Part shown: piece by piece, positions 14,868 to 30,174 of the stretch | Layout of the letters: each line of letters begins with the position of its first letter | Position numbering within the stretch: the stretch's first letter is position 1 | Origin: the human T2T-CHM13v2.0 reference genome, Homo sapiens | DNA length: 64,000 bases | Assembly: GCF_009914755.1 (NCBI RefSeq) | Contig: NC_060942.1 | Strand: one strand, 5' to 3' | Made by a program: the position numbers and the translations under genes | The notes under the pieces: generated by a model | What the model was told of the DNA's origin: nothing | Seen by the model: the letters and a program-made list of their open reading frames with translations, nothing else | Databases searched by the model: none

Positions 14868-16129
14868 GAAATCCGTCAACATTCCCTGCACAACCTTTCT
14901 CACAGAGTATCCCCTCACCAACGATCTTGAGTGCAACCATTTCAGAAAAATGTGTTTCCACTGAAGTATCTTCTATTGTCATAGTTGGCCTGACAAAGCC
15001 ATTTATTTATCCTTAGGAACTGATGCTTTGGTATAGCTAGTAATTCCACCCATGAAATAGAAGTGGATGTAATTCCCTGCATTTCCCTCCTCTACACAGC
15101 AAGCCGTGCAGTTAACCTGTGCATTCAAGGGACTGAAGCAAGATCTCATAAAACTAAAAAGTTTAATCACCGTGACATTTCTGCTTCTCCACTAGATACC
15201 TGGTACTTGCTTAAATCATGAAGCAGGCACATGTGCTGGGGTTCAGAATGAGAGTGGTTCTGCTGGGCACTCTTTGTGGGATGCACACATGGGTGGGTGT
15301 GTCTGCACTGAGCCCTTAGACACACCTAAGCCCAGCCCCATTGTGAATAAGGATGAGCATGTGTGAGCCTAGCTGTCTTTCAGGAAAGAGTCAGAAATCA
15401 GTTAATGGATACAGTTAAGTGAACGAGACCCATGCGCCTTGGGATGGCCAGCCACCTACTCTAACCACCCATGTGAGAAATGACTACAGTGCAGGGAGCC
15501 TCACTCATGAACACATCCACCAGAACTTAGACACTCCCATATGGGTCATGCCACTGAAAGCAATCTTTTAAGAGCTTCTACAGGAACCACCTTCAGAGCT
15601 TCTTTGCTTCCAATATCCTTAGAGATGAAAGTGTTACATCTTTGGAGAGGGAACAGAATTATTTGAAAGTCAAATGTGAGTCGGTCCCAAGTTTGGTGAG
15701 CAGGTAGGTCAATATCACCCACCTCCCAATCCCAATTCACTTCTGCTACCAGGGCATTCTCCCAGTCACCAAGCTCAGAACTTCGAAGAAAACTGTTCTG
15801 CCATATCTCACCATGTCTAACTAGGGGGACCAAATCATTTACTGTCCAAACCAGGACACTTCCCATATATGAAAAGGAGGCACATTTAACCTTATGTTGA
15901 ACCACATTAAATAGCCACATTTGGCCATTTTTGACCTAAAGAAAGGCAGCTCCATGATTCACTTATGCTGAGACACTGGGCTGCAACTAGGCATTTTGGG
16001 GAAAACAAGGATTGTGTGCTCACCCAACATCCAAGCCATCCCCAAATCCTTTCAACATCTGCTTCTCACACCAAATTCCCCCCTTTCCCCCTCTGAAGCA
16101 TTCTGACTCAAGTGTTTGCTCTTTACTTT

Positions 16130-16400
16130 TTAAATTAGGCTGTGAAGGCCAAGGTTGTCTTGCCTTCAGCCTCTCCCCCCTCCAATCCATCCCACCAAGA
16201 GCTAGAAGATCCCTCTTTCTAAAACTTAGGTCTGGCTATGTCACTCCGTGTTCAAGAAGGATCACTGTGGCTCCCAGAGCCTCCTGGATCAAGGTCACAC
16301 TTCTTAGTCTGTATTGAAAGCCATTGAGGCTGATCTCCACTGGTCACCATTTCCATCTCTCCTTCATCCTAACTTCTACGATGTACCCACTTGCCCCAGC
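16130..16400 (+). mobile_element. L2 fragment
   Basis: ctccaatccatcc...tttctaaaacttaggtctggctatgtcactcc...tggctccca. Confidence 0.65.
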
Positions 16401-16849
16401 ACCAGTCTGTCCACTGTAAATAAGCACAAGTCCTTTCCTACTTTGTTCACAATACATACTCTTAAAAAATCATCATCACCGTCATCATCAAACCCCCTTT
16501 GCCCTGCCTTGCATTTCTATTTCCTCTTCTCAATGTCTCTCCCCAGTGTCTTCCTGCTGGAGCTCCCTAGGTCCAACACTGGCTTCTATGCTGGCTCCTC
16601 AGCATGGCTACAATATACCCCTACCTTCAGACAACGTCTGCTCCCAGCTCCTGCGGGAGACAACACCTGGGCCAGCAGACCTGCCAGCCTCACCTGGCAT
16701 CCATCCACAGGGTCAGTGCTTATGCTGGGCCTGGCTCCACCTATGAAGGGAAACCAACACTGCAGCATGCATTGTCAGTCCAGTGAAATGACTTCATTTC
16801 CCAGGCAAGTCCCCAGATTTTCAACACTGCTGTTGATATGGTTCCCTTG

Positions 16850-17155
16850 TCCTTCCTCCCCTATCTTTCTTCTCAAATCCTCCCAGTCTTTCATTGCTGG
16901 TGTCTTCCCTGACTTTCCTCCCATCCCCATTCCCCACAGATGTCATCACTCCCACCTCCGCATCCCTAGAATTGATCTCACCTCTCTTGTGACAGGCCAG
17001 TGCATGCTGGCTTGTGCTAGTGTGGCTCACATGTGCATCTCAGCCAGACTGCAGGCACAGTGAAGGCAGACACCCTGCCTTACCATTCTTTTGATTCCCA
17101 GTCCAAGTTCACTATGTGGTCCATCAAAAGTCCTCAATAAAGATTTAATTGTACT
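16850..17155 (+). mobile_element. Degenerate L2 3' end
   Basis: cagactgcagg...gaaggcagacacc...ctcaataaagattt. Confidence 0.45.
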
Positions 17156-19351
17156 AATAAAACTTGTTTGGGCCACATATAACATAAAATGGCTTTGAAC
17201 TCAACCATAAGAGAAGTTCCAAACTTCTTGAGAAATCGCGGTGTTATTTAAATCATTGTCCTAAGGTGACTTCACTGAACAACAACACTCATTTAGATGT
17301 GTAAGTTCTGGTCTGTTAAAAATCATCACTCTGCAGCAGCAGCAGAATGTAGGGCTTCCTCTCCAGGCAATAAGCATGATGGGTATGTCGACCTCACAGG
17401 CAGAAAGTTCCAGGTTCTGAATAAGTAGTCATCAAATGACACAAGCCAGTGCTTAGGGAAGGATGGTAAACTTCTGTTGCAAGTCCCAAGCCTCTCGGGG
17501 CCTACAGGCAAACCCTGACTGCCCATGAAGCAGCCGCAGGTGCCAAAGGACCCACTGCCAACAAGGAAATGAGGGCAGTGGATCACACACCCTGGTGAAA
17601 CTGAGGAGGAGCAGAGAATGAAACAGGAAACTGGAGACAGCATGACTTCAGACCAGCAAAGAAAAGTCACCACCCTGGAAACTAATGCTCTACCCTAAAC
17701 AAAGAAACTACACACTGCTTTTTGCCAAAGAGGCTAGTGGTATGAGTCAGGAAAGGACAAGAATGACCAACTTCTCACACCCTGAACCACATTCAAAGTC
17801 TAAGCCAAGAGAGCACCTCTGGAAGTCAGAGTAAAGAATTCCCTTCGAAATAAAATATTTGCTTTAACATTTACTCCACAATATAACTTGCTTATATCCA
17901 ACATCCTCCATCAAGCAGGTCAGTTTGTCTACTTACTTAGGGGTATACTTCAACAACAGTTAATACCAACAGATTCGTGGAAACACTATGTTACTTAAAA
18001 TCAGGTTTTTTTTTATCTTATAGGTGTATTGTTCCAATTGTTTAAGGGGCAAGGTGTAAACTAGCAATCGTTGCTTTGGAGTTACAGGCTCCAAACTTAG
18101 TTGCCATGTTCTATGGATTCCAATGAAGTTATAACATTCATATTAGATGTCCTAAAGAGTCCCATCAAAATCAATACCAAAATATCTACTGGTTACTAGG
18201 CTGGCTGTGAGGAAGCAAATACACAACAAGGAAATAGACTGCCTTAACTTCAAGTAGCTTACAAACTACAACTTAGCTTTGAAAAGGTAAATGTCCAACT
18301 GTGTGGTACAGATTGGAAGCACAGTGGCATGGGGACTGGATTAACTGGGAAAGGCTTGCAGAGATGGTAGGATTTATGCAGAAGAAAAAGAAAGTCTTAG
18401 AAACAGAAATGAAATAACATAGATAACATGGACAATGTAGTAAGCTCCTCTGTATCATCAATGTAATGACTCCAATACATGCTCTTGGAGCATAAGCAAT
18501 CCAGGTACCAACAGTGGTCAACTGAGCAGCTGGGAAAGAAACCTTCACCAAAGGACAGCAGTTCAGATGATGGAACCTCTGATCCTTGCAGTCCAGCTCC
18601 TGTAATCCCAGAAGAAAACCCTAAGGATGCCAAGGCCACCAGCTTCCTAGTCACCTCTGTCAACACCCAGCCCCACTGTCAAAGTTGTAAACCTTTATAC
18701 TCCCCTGAATGAATCTGAAGAACAGATTAAAACGGCCTTTATATGAATGATCCAAGCACAACTACAAGAGCTGAATGAGTCTCAGCAACTGCTTAGAGGC
18801 TTCAAGCACAAGTTGCCTTTTTTTCTTTCCATTTAATTCATCTTCTGACCATGAATTCAATCCGCATCCAAGCTTGTCTCAATCTGGAGTTTCTTAAAGT
18901 CTGAGGATGCACATTTCCAACCTAAGACACAACAGTGTTCATATCTTTTGTACCTACTGTTCAGAATAAGAACAACTGATACAATAAAACCCAAAACACC
19001 TGAAACAAAAAAGGCATGTCAAGCAATAATGAGAAGTAGGTTTGGACAGGTAGAGTGGGACAGGATCATGGAGGCTTCTCAACACAGGCAGCTGTTTGAT
19101 GTTCCAGAGTGGATAAGTGACACAGGAAGACTGTGCTTCAAGGATACTTAGCAACAGTGGGACACACAGTAGAGACTTAGGGAACAGGAGGAACAGAAGT
19201 CTAACAAGATGCCATGGTTCCTTCCACTCCCAAAAGCCTGGCTTAGATGCAAAGCCAGCCAGTCAGCCAGCCTTGTAAGTAAAACGTAGTTGATTCTTGG
19301 GGTTCTACTACCAACAGGCCACCACAGAACACAAGGATCTTACTCTAAGTG

Positions 19352-19410
19352 AGACATTCTCAATTAGGGGTGATTTGGGCCCCCAGGAAACATATGGCAA
19401 GGACTGGAGC
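19352..19410. mobile_element. MER20-like hAT fragment
   Basis: ttctcaattaggggtgatttgggcccccaggaaacatatggcaa. Confidence 0.55.
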
Positions 19411-20724
19411 TTTGAGCTGCTTTTAAGTGGTGGGGATGAAGTTCCACATAATTTCAGCAACCATCTTTACATGAATTTGCAGAATAGTTAGCTGAGAAAT
19501 ACACGGTATCTTGTACTTATGTTCCCCCTGTAAAGCCAACTGGCTTCGTTGATGCCAATGGGCACCTGACATTAGATATATAAACTTTATCCTCCACCAA
19601 AAGGGCTAAATATAGACTACTATTTACTAGGGCCCGTGTGTGCCTGCCATGGGTTCACTGGGCCAGTTCAGGACACTGGACATAGGACCAGGGCTCCACA
19701 GTCTACACACAGATTCTCAGTGTCCTAAAGCAACCTTCAGAGATTTACCTCCCACATCACTATAGGTGCCTTCCAAGCTCAGATCCAAGATACACAGCCA
19801 AGATATTTCAGCAACAACCTGGCTAGAAACCGGAAGAACACTATAAAGTCACATGCACATTGGTCCAATGACAGAAGGAAGGAGCTTATTTTCTTTTCTA
19901 CATGAGCACATCTGTTTGGATATTCACTAGAGTAAATACTTAAATGACTAATTCACAGTTTCACTTTGTCATGGTTAAAGTATTTTATGAGACATCTGCT
20001 TCTGCTAAATCAGGATCTTGTTTCCTCCTGAGCTGTCACACTGAAGGCAGGAACATATGATGCTGGTTGTGTTGCACCAGCAAAAGCTTGAGAGAATAAC
20101 CTTTTCAGACACAAGACTCCCAGCTTCCTTTGGTATCTGTGAAGCATCTATTACTGCAAGTCAACAGACCCACTGACCACAGGAAGACCTCAACTAGTGC
20201 ACAGAATTATGCTTCAACTATATTCAAGTGAGAAACGGCCTGCATGGTATGGAGGGAAGGGAAGTTTTACCCCTCTGCCTACCACCCTCCCCACTTTCTA
20301 CTTCTCTCCTCTTTCCCCAAAGCACATCGTACTGACTGGTCAGGGTCCAAGACATTACCTGGTACTAGCTGTTGCTCAGGCACAGTCACTGGGGGCCAAA
20401 AGCCACATACTATGCATGCATCTCCCCTCTCTTTTCCAGGTCTAGGGATCAGCAAACCAAACCAGAGCTGAAGATTCCTCCTAAAGCACTGGGCTCTTTC
20501 TCTGCTCTCTTCTTCTTGTCTTTGCTTTGCAAGGAACAATCAATCAGAGCATGGCAAGACCCCTAGATGCGGAAGTGGCTGAGGGAGAGCTGGAGCCAGC
20601 AGCATCACCCGAAACTGCAGTTTCCCACCCAGAACTCTGCTTTGGGAGGGACAGGGCTTGGGCCAATGAAAACCTAGAACTTCAGTTACTATTTGGCAAT
20701 TGTTCCTTAAGAAGACCACAGGTC

Positions 20725-21045
20725 CGGGGAAGGGAAATGGGGAGGTATTGAACAATCAGTTACAAGATGAATAAGCTCCGTGGATCTAACCTACAGCATG
20801 GGGACAATAGTTCACAATAGCATACTGTATAGTTGAAGTTTGCTAAGAGGGTAGACCTTAAGTGTTCTCACCACAAAACAAATCCCCCAAAATGGTAACT
20901 ATGTGAGGTGATAGATGACGAGTATGTGAATTAGCTTGATGATAATCATTCCGCAATGTATATGTACATCAAAGCATCAAGTTGTACACCTTAAGTGCCA
21001 ATTTTGTCAACTGTACCTTGATAAAGCTACATGGAGGGGAAAAAG
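20725..21045 (+). mobile_element. L1MA9/10-like 3' end
   Basis: tttgctaagagggtagaccttaagtgttctcaccaca...ggtaactatgtgaggtgat. Confidence 0.85.
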
Positions 21046-21199
21046 AAGGTCACAGGGAAGAGGGGTACTTAGTGAGGCACCAGCCAGGTATCCCTGAGTC
21101 CTGGACCATCATATTCCTGTATGGGGCCATCTTCTCTGTAAGTCCTAGGCATATTGATTGACACATATTAAAAAGAAAAAATAACTATAAAAATGCCTC

Positions 21200-22107
21200 A
21201 CCTACAGAATGGGAGAAAATTTTTGCAATCTACCCATCTGACAAAGGTCTAATATCCAGAATCTACAAGAAACTTAAATTTACAAGAAAAAAAAACAGAC
21301 AACTCCATCGAAAACTGGGAAAATGATATGGTACTTCTCAAAAGAAGACATATTTATGCAGCCAACAAACATAAAAAAGGCTCAACATCACGGATTAGCG
21401 AAATGCAAATCAAAACCACAATGAGATACCATCTCATGCAGATCAGAATGGTGATTATTAAAAAGTAAAGAAACAATAGATGCTGGTGAGGCTGTGGAGA
21501 AATAGGAATGCTTTTACACTGTTGATGGGAATGTAAATTAGTTCATTGTGGAAGAAAGTGTGGCAATTCCTCAAGGATCTAGAACCAGAAATACCATTTC
21601 ACCCAGCAATCCCATTACTGGGTATATACCCAAAGGAATATAAATCATTTTACTATAAAGACACACACACGTATGTTTATTGTAGCACTATTTACAATAG
21701 CAAAGACATGGAACCAACTCAAATGCCCATTGATGATAGACTGGATTTAAAAAGTGTGGTACATATACACCACGGAATACTATGCAGCCATAAAAAGCAA
21801 TGAGATCATGTCCTTGGGTGAAGGAAGGATTGCGTCCTTGGATGGTTCAAACTGGAAGCCATCATTCTCAGCACACTAACACAGGAGGAGAAAACCAAAT
21901 ACCACTTATTCTCACTCATAAGTGGGGGTTGAACAACTAGAACAGATGGACACAAGGAGGGGAACAACATACACTGAGAACTGTTGTGGGGCGAGGGGAG
22001 AGACGAGTTAATAGGTACACCGAACCACCATGGCACACCACATACTTATGTAACAAACCTGTACGTTCTGCATACGTATCCTACCCAGAACTTAAAGAAA
22101 AAAAAAA
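21200..22107 (+). mobile_element. 5'-truncated L1PA (L1PA8-10-like) with 3'UTR deletion
   Basis: ORF2 remnant KVWQFLKDLEPEIPFHPAIPLLGIYPKEYKSFYYKD, 3'UTR and A tail; possible TSD aaa(t)gcctc. Confidence 0.92.
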
Positions 22108-22389
22108 GCCTCCAAATCTTAACTCTTAGAAAAGGAAGACAGATTGCTGGGAGGGAACTCACAGCAGGAATACGATCCAGGTGGAGAAAAGCCAGGTAAG
22201 GAACCTCCTCAATGGTCCAGCAACACACAGATCCAATGAAAAGCTAGAAATGCAAGAGTGGCTACAGATTAGGAATACTAATGCCAGACAAAGAGTTTCC
22301 ACAATTAGCAAAATACCTCTGATGCAGGGTGAAGGCTGCTCCAACCCAGTCCTGCACAGCCCAGAAGAGAGAATCAGAACCTGGCTCTG

Positions 22390-22515
22390 GAGTATAGTCC
22401 CTAGACCAGGAGCAGCAGCACCTGCAAGCTTGTTAGAAATGCAGAATCTCTAACCTCAGAACCAATGAATTAAAAAAAAAAATCCCCAGTGTTCTACATG
22501 CACATTAAAATACTA
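22390..22515. mobile_element. MER5A-like hAT-Charlie fragment
   Basis: gcagcagcacctgcaagcttgttagaaatgcagaatctc. Confidence 0.7.
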
Positions 22516-23205
22516 GCCTGTCCCAAAACCCCCCAGGCCAAAGAATTAGATAATCCTGTACCAGCCCAAAGTTTCTCAAAGTCTTTTCCTTCCCCTCCCC
22601 AGCCTCAGCCCATAAGAGACTTTTCTGCCCTTTCCCAGGAGCAATGAAGAGGGAGTCCTTTTTTTTTTCTTCCCCAGGAACTCAGTCCTTCCCCCAAAGG
22701 AGAAGAGTAGCAAATCCAACAGATTGTATGTGATCAGTGAGTGGAAATGCAATGCTCTTGAAACAGGCTCTGCTCTCTCCTTCCCACTTCTCCCCTGCCC
22801 CGCCTGTCCTTGTTCTGACTGTGCTCATGGCTACAGGCTCACCTTGGGCTTCCAGCTCCTGTGGTTAACTAGCCAGGAGGCCCACTTTGTGGGCAAAGCT
22901 CTCTGGGCATTTTGGCAAAGCCATGACCTCAACAGTGGACCAAAAGGTCCTAAATTTGAGGGTAACTAGGTGCTGCCTAGCCATTCATTAAGCCACTATC
23001 TTAGTTTCCATTTCCAACCAGTTTTGTGTGGATTCTACCAACCTAAACTATGGAGGCTGGGAAGGGTAAAAGACACTCTATCCTGACCCTCCCTGGAAGT
23101 TAGAATGTATCTTACAATCTTGTGCTTGTTCAAAATCCCTACCTGGTGTGGGTTGGTTAAGTCTCAATCCATTTTTTTCTTTTCCTTTATAAAGATTCTG
23201 GTCAA

Positions 23206-23506
23206 GGCTGGGTATGTGGGCTCATGCCTGTAATATCAGCACTTTGGGAGGCCAAGGTGGAAGGATCACTCGAGGCCAGGAGTTCAAGAGCAGCTAGGCA
23301 ACAAAGTGAGGCCCTATATCTAAAACAAATTTAAAAATCAGCCAGACACGGTGGTGTGCACCTGTGGCAGCTTCTGGGAAGGCTGAGAGGATGGCTTGAG
23401 CCCAGCAGTTTGGGGCTGCAGTGAGCTATGATTATACCACTGCACTCCAGCCCATGCAACAGAGCAAGACCTTGTCTCCTCATCTGCCCCCACCAAAACA
23501 AAAAAC
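23206..23506 (+). mobile_element. AluJ
   Basis: ggatcactcgaggccaggagttcaag; ggatggcttgagcccag. Confidence 0.92.
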
Positions 23507-23709
23507 AGATTCCAAACACCTAGGAACTCTAACATCATACCACCAATCACTCTTTGAAACTTCATGGACTCTAAATAATAATTTGCCGTCAAGCACATGC
23601 AGTTCCAAATGGGTAGGGCAAGCATGCATCATCATCTGGGAACACAGTTTACAAATTATGTTAAATGTAACATAAGGATCACCTTCTTAGTTAAAAGTAT
23701 CAGTTTTGA

Positions 23710-23935
23710 GGCAACACAGTGAGATCCCATCTCCATTAAAAAAAAAAAAAAAAATAGCCCGTGTAGTAGTGTGCACCTACAGTCCTAGCTACTCAGGAGG
23801 CTGAGGCAGGTGGATCTCTTGAGCCCAGGAGTTTGAGTTTACAGTGGTGAGCTATGATCATGCCACTGCACTCCAGCCTGGGCAACAGATGAGAACTTGT
23901 CTATTAAAAAAAAAAAAAAAAGAAAAAAAAGAAAA
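23710..23935 (+). mobile_element. 5'-truncated AluJ (linker plus right arm)
   Basis: gcaacacagtgagatccc, A linker, right monomer and A tail. Confidence 0.9.
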
Positions 23936-24014
23936 TTATACCTAGCGAGGAGGACATTAACAACTTTAAGGTGTCTTTGGCCAGAAATTTAAGATTCCTG
24001 GGGATCTATACATG

Positions 24015-24040
24015 ATATATATATATATATATATATATAT
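24015..24040. repeat. (AT)n microsatellite
   Basis: Directly visible. Confidence 0.95.
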
Positions 24041-24949
24041 CTCATAAATCTCAAAAAAATTTAAAAAGGAACATCCTCATATTCTTTGAATAAAAATTCA
24101 AAAAAATTTACCAATTTTTAAAAAAATGTTTTTACTTAGTTTATGTCTCTACTGTGAAATATCTGATCATCTATTTGTGGTCATTAATTTATTCAATGAG
24201 GAAAATTTTACTTTAAATGACTAGTATTTTAGTTTAGAAGAAACATTTCTACAAAGATCATACAATTGTTCACTGTCATGATGATTCCTGTCTTTATTTG
24301 GGGATGAAGAGTAATGATTATAAGCATGGGCATCAGGAAAGACCTTCTTAGGTTTCCCACAACTATGTAACCAGTTCCTCGCAAATAATGACTAATGTAC
24401 TTCATAGTAATGACAAGTTTCAGACCATGCGCTCTTACATTACAGCTAAGTTGATAATAATCTTTCATAGCCTTTTCCCTAAGTTTGAAATTGCTGGGTC
24501 CTAGGGGAAAATTCTTTTATCCAGGGAATGAACAGACATGGACCGCACAGGTAGCATCTGCCCCTTATTAACCTTGAAACTGGAAGTAGATGGACAAGAG
24601 ATATCCCAGACCTGCCAAAATGCATAAACACCAGCAATCACAGAACTCCAAAGGCCAGAACAGCAACACCTGTGGGCTGGCTGGTGCTCAGATGGAAAAA
24701 TTGGGATGGAGCACTCTGGAGACCACCAGGACTCAACCACCGGGAGGACTCCAGAGGGGGTACACGAGGACATCTAGGAGCAGGAAGTTAAGACTTGGCT
24801 TCTGGAGTTTTAGGAGAATGGTTTCCCTATTGACTGGGATACTTACAAAGGAAACCAAGGTAGGAATCAGACCAAGATGAGGCTGGAAGAAGAAAAAAGA
24901 CCGGGACCAGTCACTAGCAGTCAGGGTGTAAGCAAGAGGTCAAGGCATG

Positions 24950-24953
<4 letters not shown>

Positions 24954-24991
<38 letters not shown>

Positions 24992-24993
24992 AA
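24954..24993. repeat. (AAAT)n tetranucleotide repeat
   Basis: Directly visible; no adjacent Alu body. Confidence 0.95.
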
Positions 24994-25259
24994 AATAGAT
25001 AAAATAGCTGCTGATGCTGGTACTGGAGCTGGGTGGACAGGCAGGATGACAGGATAGAGAGGGCTCCCCTTTATGTTGTTCAGAGTGATGTGAAAGCCAG
25101 GATGTCATTACCATCTGGAGTCTTAAACAATTACTTTCTACCAAACAAAACAGTGTAGCTATGAAGCAATGCTTCTTCCCTAACCTGTGAGCTCTGAACC
25201 AGGTTCACAGAATCCAACATGGGAAAACCGCACTCCACGACAGTCTCCTTAAGTTCCGT

Positions 25260-25332
25260 ACTTCATGATTCCATTTGTGACCTTCTTAGAAGCGGAACTA
25301 TAGTGATGGAGGACAGGTCAGTGGTTGCCAGG
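25260..25332 (+). mobile_element. Short old L1M 3' fragment
   Basis: atgattccattt...actatagtgatggaggacaggtcagtggttgccagg. Confidence 0.55.
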
Positions 25333-25719
25333 TTAAATAACTTTGTAAAAATTACTATGTTTGCAGGGTGCATTTCTTTTTTTTTTTCTTTTTTGCAGTG
25401 TGTATTTTTCTGCACACAGGTTTCGCCTGATTTCAAAGGAATACGAAACTCCCCAAAAAGGTTAAGAAAACCACTGCTCTAGAACATCAAAGCACAAGGC
25501 CTTGCATATGCCATTTGGAGTATGGAGCTGGGCTGGACAAATTAAGTAAAGACAAAAGCATGAAGTCACTCCTATGAGCACCACTACAGCCCTCCCAGCT
25601 CAGCACCTTCCAGTGTTTCTGGCACAAAAACAGAGCTCTTTGTTGACTCTCAAAGACTCACATAAACACATAAACAAGCCTCCTTTGTAGGCTGTCCACC
25701 CTACCCACCCTAGTCACCC

Positions 25720-26590
25720 TCTCCAGCTACTTTTTATAGAACCACCTCAAATTCATACTATTCAAGCCATAACTCATCCTCCCATCCTGCCCCTGCATCC
25801 TCCGCCTGCTCCCTTCCCTGCCTCAGAGAGTGGTACCATCCTCTTACTTGCCCAAAAATGAACCCTGGACATTGTCTTCACTTCCCCTCTACCTCGTTAA
25901 TTCACCAAGCAGATCTCCCGATTCTCTCCCAAATCTGTTTGCTTTTCTCCATCCCCTCCACCACTGCCATCCCTGTCCAGGTCTCACCTTTTCTCACTAG
26001 GGTAAAACCCTGACCTTTGGTATGACCCCACATCAACGCATTCTCCTTACTGCAGCCAAAGTGATATTTCAAAAATGTAAATCAAATAATTTCCCTCCCT
26101 TGCTCAGAGCTCTTAGATGCCCTCCTCACTGTTCTTGGGACCCAAGTCCTAGTGTGTCAAAGGGGTCATCATCATCTGGCCTTCATCATCTGGCCCTGTC
26201 CAGAGGTTTCTGCCTACTAAGTTTAATCTCTTACCATTTTTACCTTGGAAATAAGGCTACTTTCATTTCCCTAAATGCTTCATGCTCTTATTGCTAGGCC
26301 TTTACAGTATCCTCCCTGTGCCTGGAATGCTCGCCCACCCTATTTCTCATTATCTGGCTATTCCTCTTCAGGTTTCACAGCCTGGATGTCACTTCCCCCA
26401 GGAAGTGCTTCCAACTCCCGAGGCCTGGGGCATGTGCCCCTCTGTGCCTCCCCTGACACAACCCTGCTAACTCCACATGTCAGACAATTCATCTGTGTCC
26501 CTGACAGACCCAGTCCGTGAAAGGCATCTTATTCACTGCTGTATCGTCAGTGTCTATTATAACAGGAACTCAAGGCTTGCCGATAGATAA
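25720..26590 (+). mobile_element. L2 (L2a/b) 3' region
   Basis: cacctcaaattca; ctgcagccaaagtgatatttcaaaaatgtaaatc; ccctgtgcctggaatgctc; atcttattcactgctgtatc. Confidence 0.75.
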
Positions 26591-26846
26591 TTTGTGCCTT
26601 TGGTATGGCCACATAACTCTATGTCCCTCCCACCTCATAAAGAAAACCCTGGAGAAATAAATGCTCATTGACCAAGACCCACTCTGCTGCCTTCACTAAG
26701 GGAGGGTGCAAAGGGAGGAGAACATCTTGGCCTAAACAGCCAGACAATGAGGATTAGTTATGGGACCTCCAGCTGCCCTGACTCTGAATCATGGGCTAGA
26801 CAGAGCTTGGAGATTGCCTGGTCCAGGGTTTCCTAATGCCTTAGGG

Positions 26847-26850
<4 letters not shown>

Positions 26851-26879
<29 letters not shown>

Positions 26880-27096
26880 GAGACAGTCTCCCTCTGTCAC
26901 CCAGGTTGGAGTAGAGTGGCACGATCTCAGCTCACTGCAACTGCCACCTCCCAGGTGGCACTTGAAAGTGATTCTCCTGCCTCAGCCTCCCAAGTAGTTG
27001 GGACTACAGGCATGCGTCACCATGCCTGGTATTTTTAGTGGAGACAGGTTTTCACCATGTTAGCCAGGATGGTCTTGATCTCCTGACCTTGTGATA
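26851..27096 (-). mobile_element. 5'-truncated AluS with internal indels
   Basis: Poly-T plus reverse Alu; TSD agggtgc at 26843-26849 and 27100-27106; A-linker partly deleted. Confidence 0.93.
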
Positions 27097-27274
27097 TCCA
27101 GGGTGCTCTTGAAGAACTCCAAGATCCACCAACCACCAGAGAAATGAGGAGCTCAGATAAGACAGCTCCTCCCGCCACAACCAGGGGAGTTCTACCGTAT
27201 TCTCACATCTTGAGCTTCAATTAAGATTGTGTTTCAGAGTTTTGCAATTTAAACTTAACAAGATCCCAGATTCC

Positions 27275-27400
27275 ATTACCATCCCCTCAATTTACAGATG
27301 CAAAACTGAAACCCTAAGTTGTTAAGGGACTGGCTCCAGCCACACAGCCATTTCCTGCTAGAAACCAGCCTTGTGATTCCAGCACTGTTTCCGGTTTTCA
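27275..27400 (-). mobile_element. MIR fragment
   Basis: atttacagatgcaaaactgaaaccc...gttaagggactggc. Confidence 0.65.
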
Positions 27401-27489
27401 TGCCACACAGCACTACACATCTGTGGAGCAACAGAAAGAGGCAAAATACCCTAGTTAATCATTCTCTCACTGCTTTGTTGTATGTGTTT

Positions 27490-28210
<721 letters not shown>

Positions 28211-29072
28211 TTTCTCCTATGTTTTTAACATCGAATCAGCTGAGTCCACACAATTTCAACATGATTGTACTGAAAATACCTGGGTACCCAGAGCAGAAAC
28301 AGGCCAAGTTCTCCAGGCAGCCTAGACCGGCTACATGTTTCACAGAAGCCCAAGAACAGGAAACTATGCAGATGGACCCCCGACAAACATGCATCCTTGA
28401 CAATCCACAGTGCCTCATAAGGAGGTATGCAGCAATTATCTCGGGTTCTAATAATAAGGCCTTGCTGTGTGCTGATAAACCAGAATCAGTAAAAAATATG
28501 TAGTAACTCTACTATTGAGGATACCAGGTATGTAGATAAAAACTGATTATCTTTCCCCAGCCAGCTCTGAAGTGTTCAAGTCTAACATGAGGCTATATGT
28601 GCTGCTTCCATTATACAGCTGGGCTAGCTGGGTGAGGCAACCCTTTCCTTTCCTCACACAAAATACAGTTCACCTGGCTTTGAATGACCCCACATGCTAA
28701 AACTGTCTTCTCTGAACCAGGCTCCAAGAAGAATAAAGTCACTGGGGTGATGATACCAAGACTAGCTAAATGGACCAGGACTAACTGAAAATTGGCACTG
28801 AGTGATTTTTAAAGCCCTAGAAACCCTATCTTCCCGTCCCACCACTTCCCCTATCCACAGCTTCCACCAAACTTCCACTGAAGAACCACGATAAGAAAGT
28901 TTCCAGTGTCAATACCCTAAGAGGGCAAATGGCAACTGAATCCCAGCCAAGACTAGAAGCTACATGACAGACCACATACCTTTCCAAGAAAATGGAATTT
29001 GTTACGGGACCAGCAGGAAAAACCATGAGTGCTAGGCACCCAAGCCGGGAGACAAGAAGACATAAATTATGA

Positions 29073-29585
<513 letters not shown>

Positions 29586-29619
29586 TAAACACCCAAAGCA
29601 GGCCTAAAGCCATGTGAGA

Positions 29620-30165
29620 ACAAGAACAAATCATGTCACTGCCCTGTTCAAAATCCTCCACGGGTTCCCCATCCCAGCGAAAGTCAAACCCTTGCAGCAG
29701 CCTCAAAGGCCCTACCCAGTCTGGCCTCTCTCACCTCTCTAACCTCATATCCTACCCTCTCTCCCCACTCCCTTCACTCAGCTCCAGCCATAGACTTCCT
29801 TGCTGTTCCTCAAAATCACCAGGCCTGCTGTGCCTCAGGCCTGGGCACCTGCTTTCCCTGTCTGGAATGTTCTTTTCCCAGATATCCACGCTGCTTCCTC
29901 CCTCAAATGCTTCAAGTGTTTGGCCAAACGTGAACTTCTCTGCATGGCCTCGAATTTCACCATCACCTCCCTCACCCCATTTCATGTCTCCTTTCTCTGC
30001 TTTATTTTCTTCTCCTGGCAACAACAGCATCTATGCCCTAAATACTTTATCCTGCTTATCTCCCTCACCATGAGATAAGCTCTCTGTGGCCTAAACCCTC
30101 CCACCTTCCTCCCTCATTTGCTCCAGGTATGCCCAGCAGCTGATAGGCACTCAAGGATTTGGAAG
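29620..30165 (+). mobile_element. L2a 3' region
   Basis: atcatgtcactgccctgttcaaaatcctcca; ctccagccatagacttccttgctgttcctc. Confidence 0.8.
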
Positions 30166-30174
30166 ATAGTGCTT

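Noticed and set aside
16314-17063. Longest ORF (249 aa)
   Set aside because: Non-ATG start, Ser/Pro/Leu-rich composition from pyrimidine-rich DNA, overlaps L2 relics, no recognisable domain.
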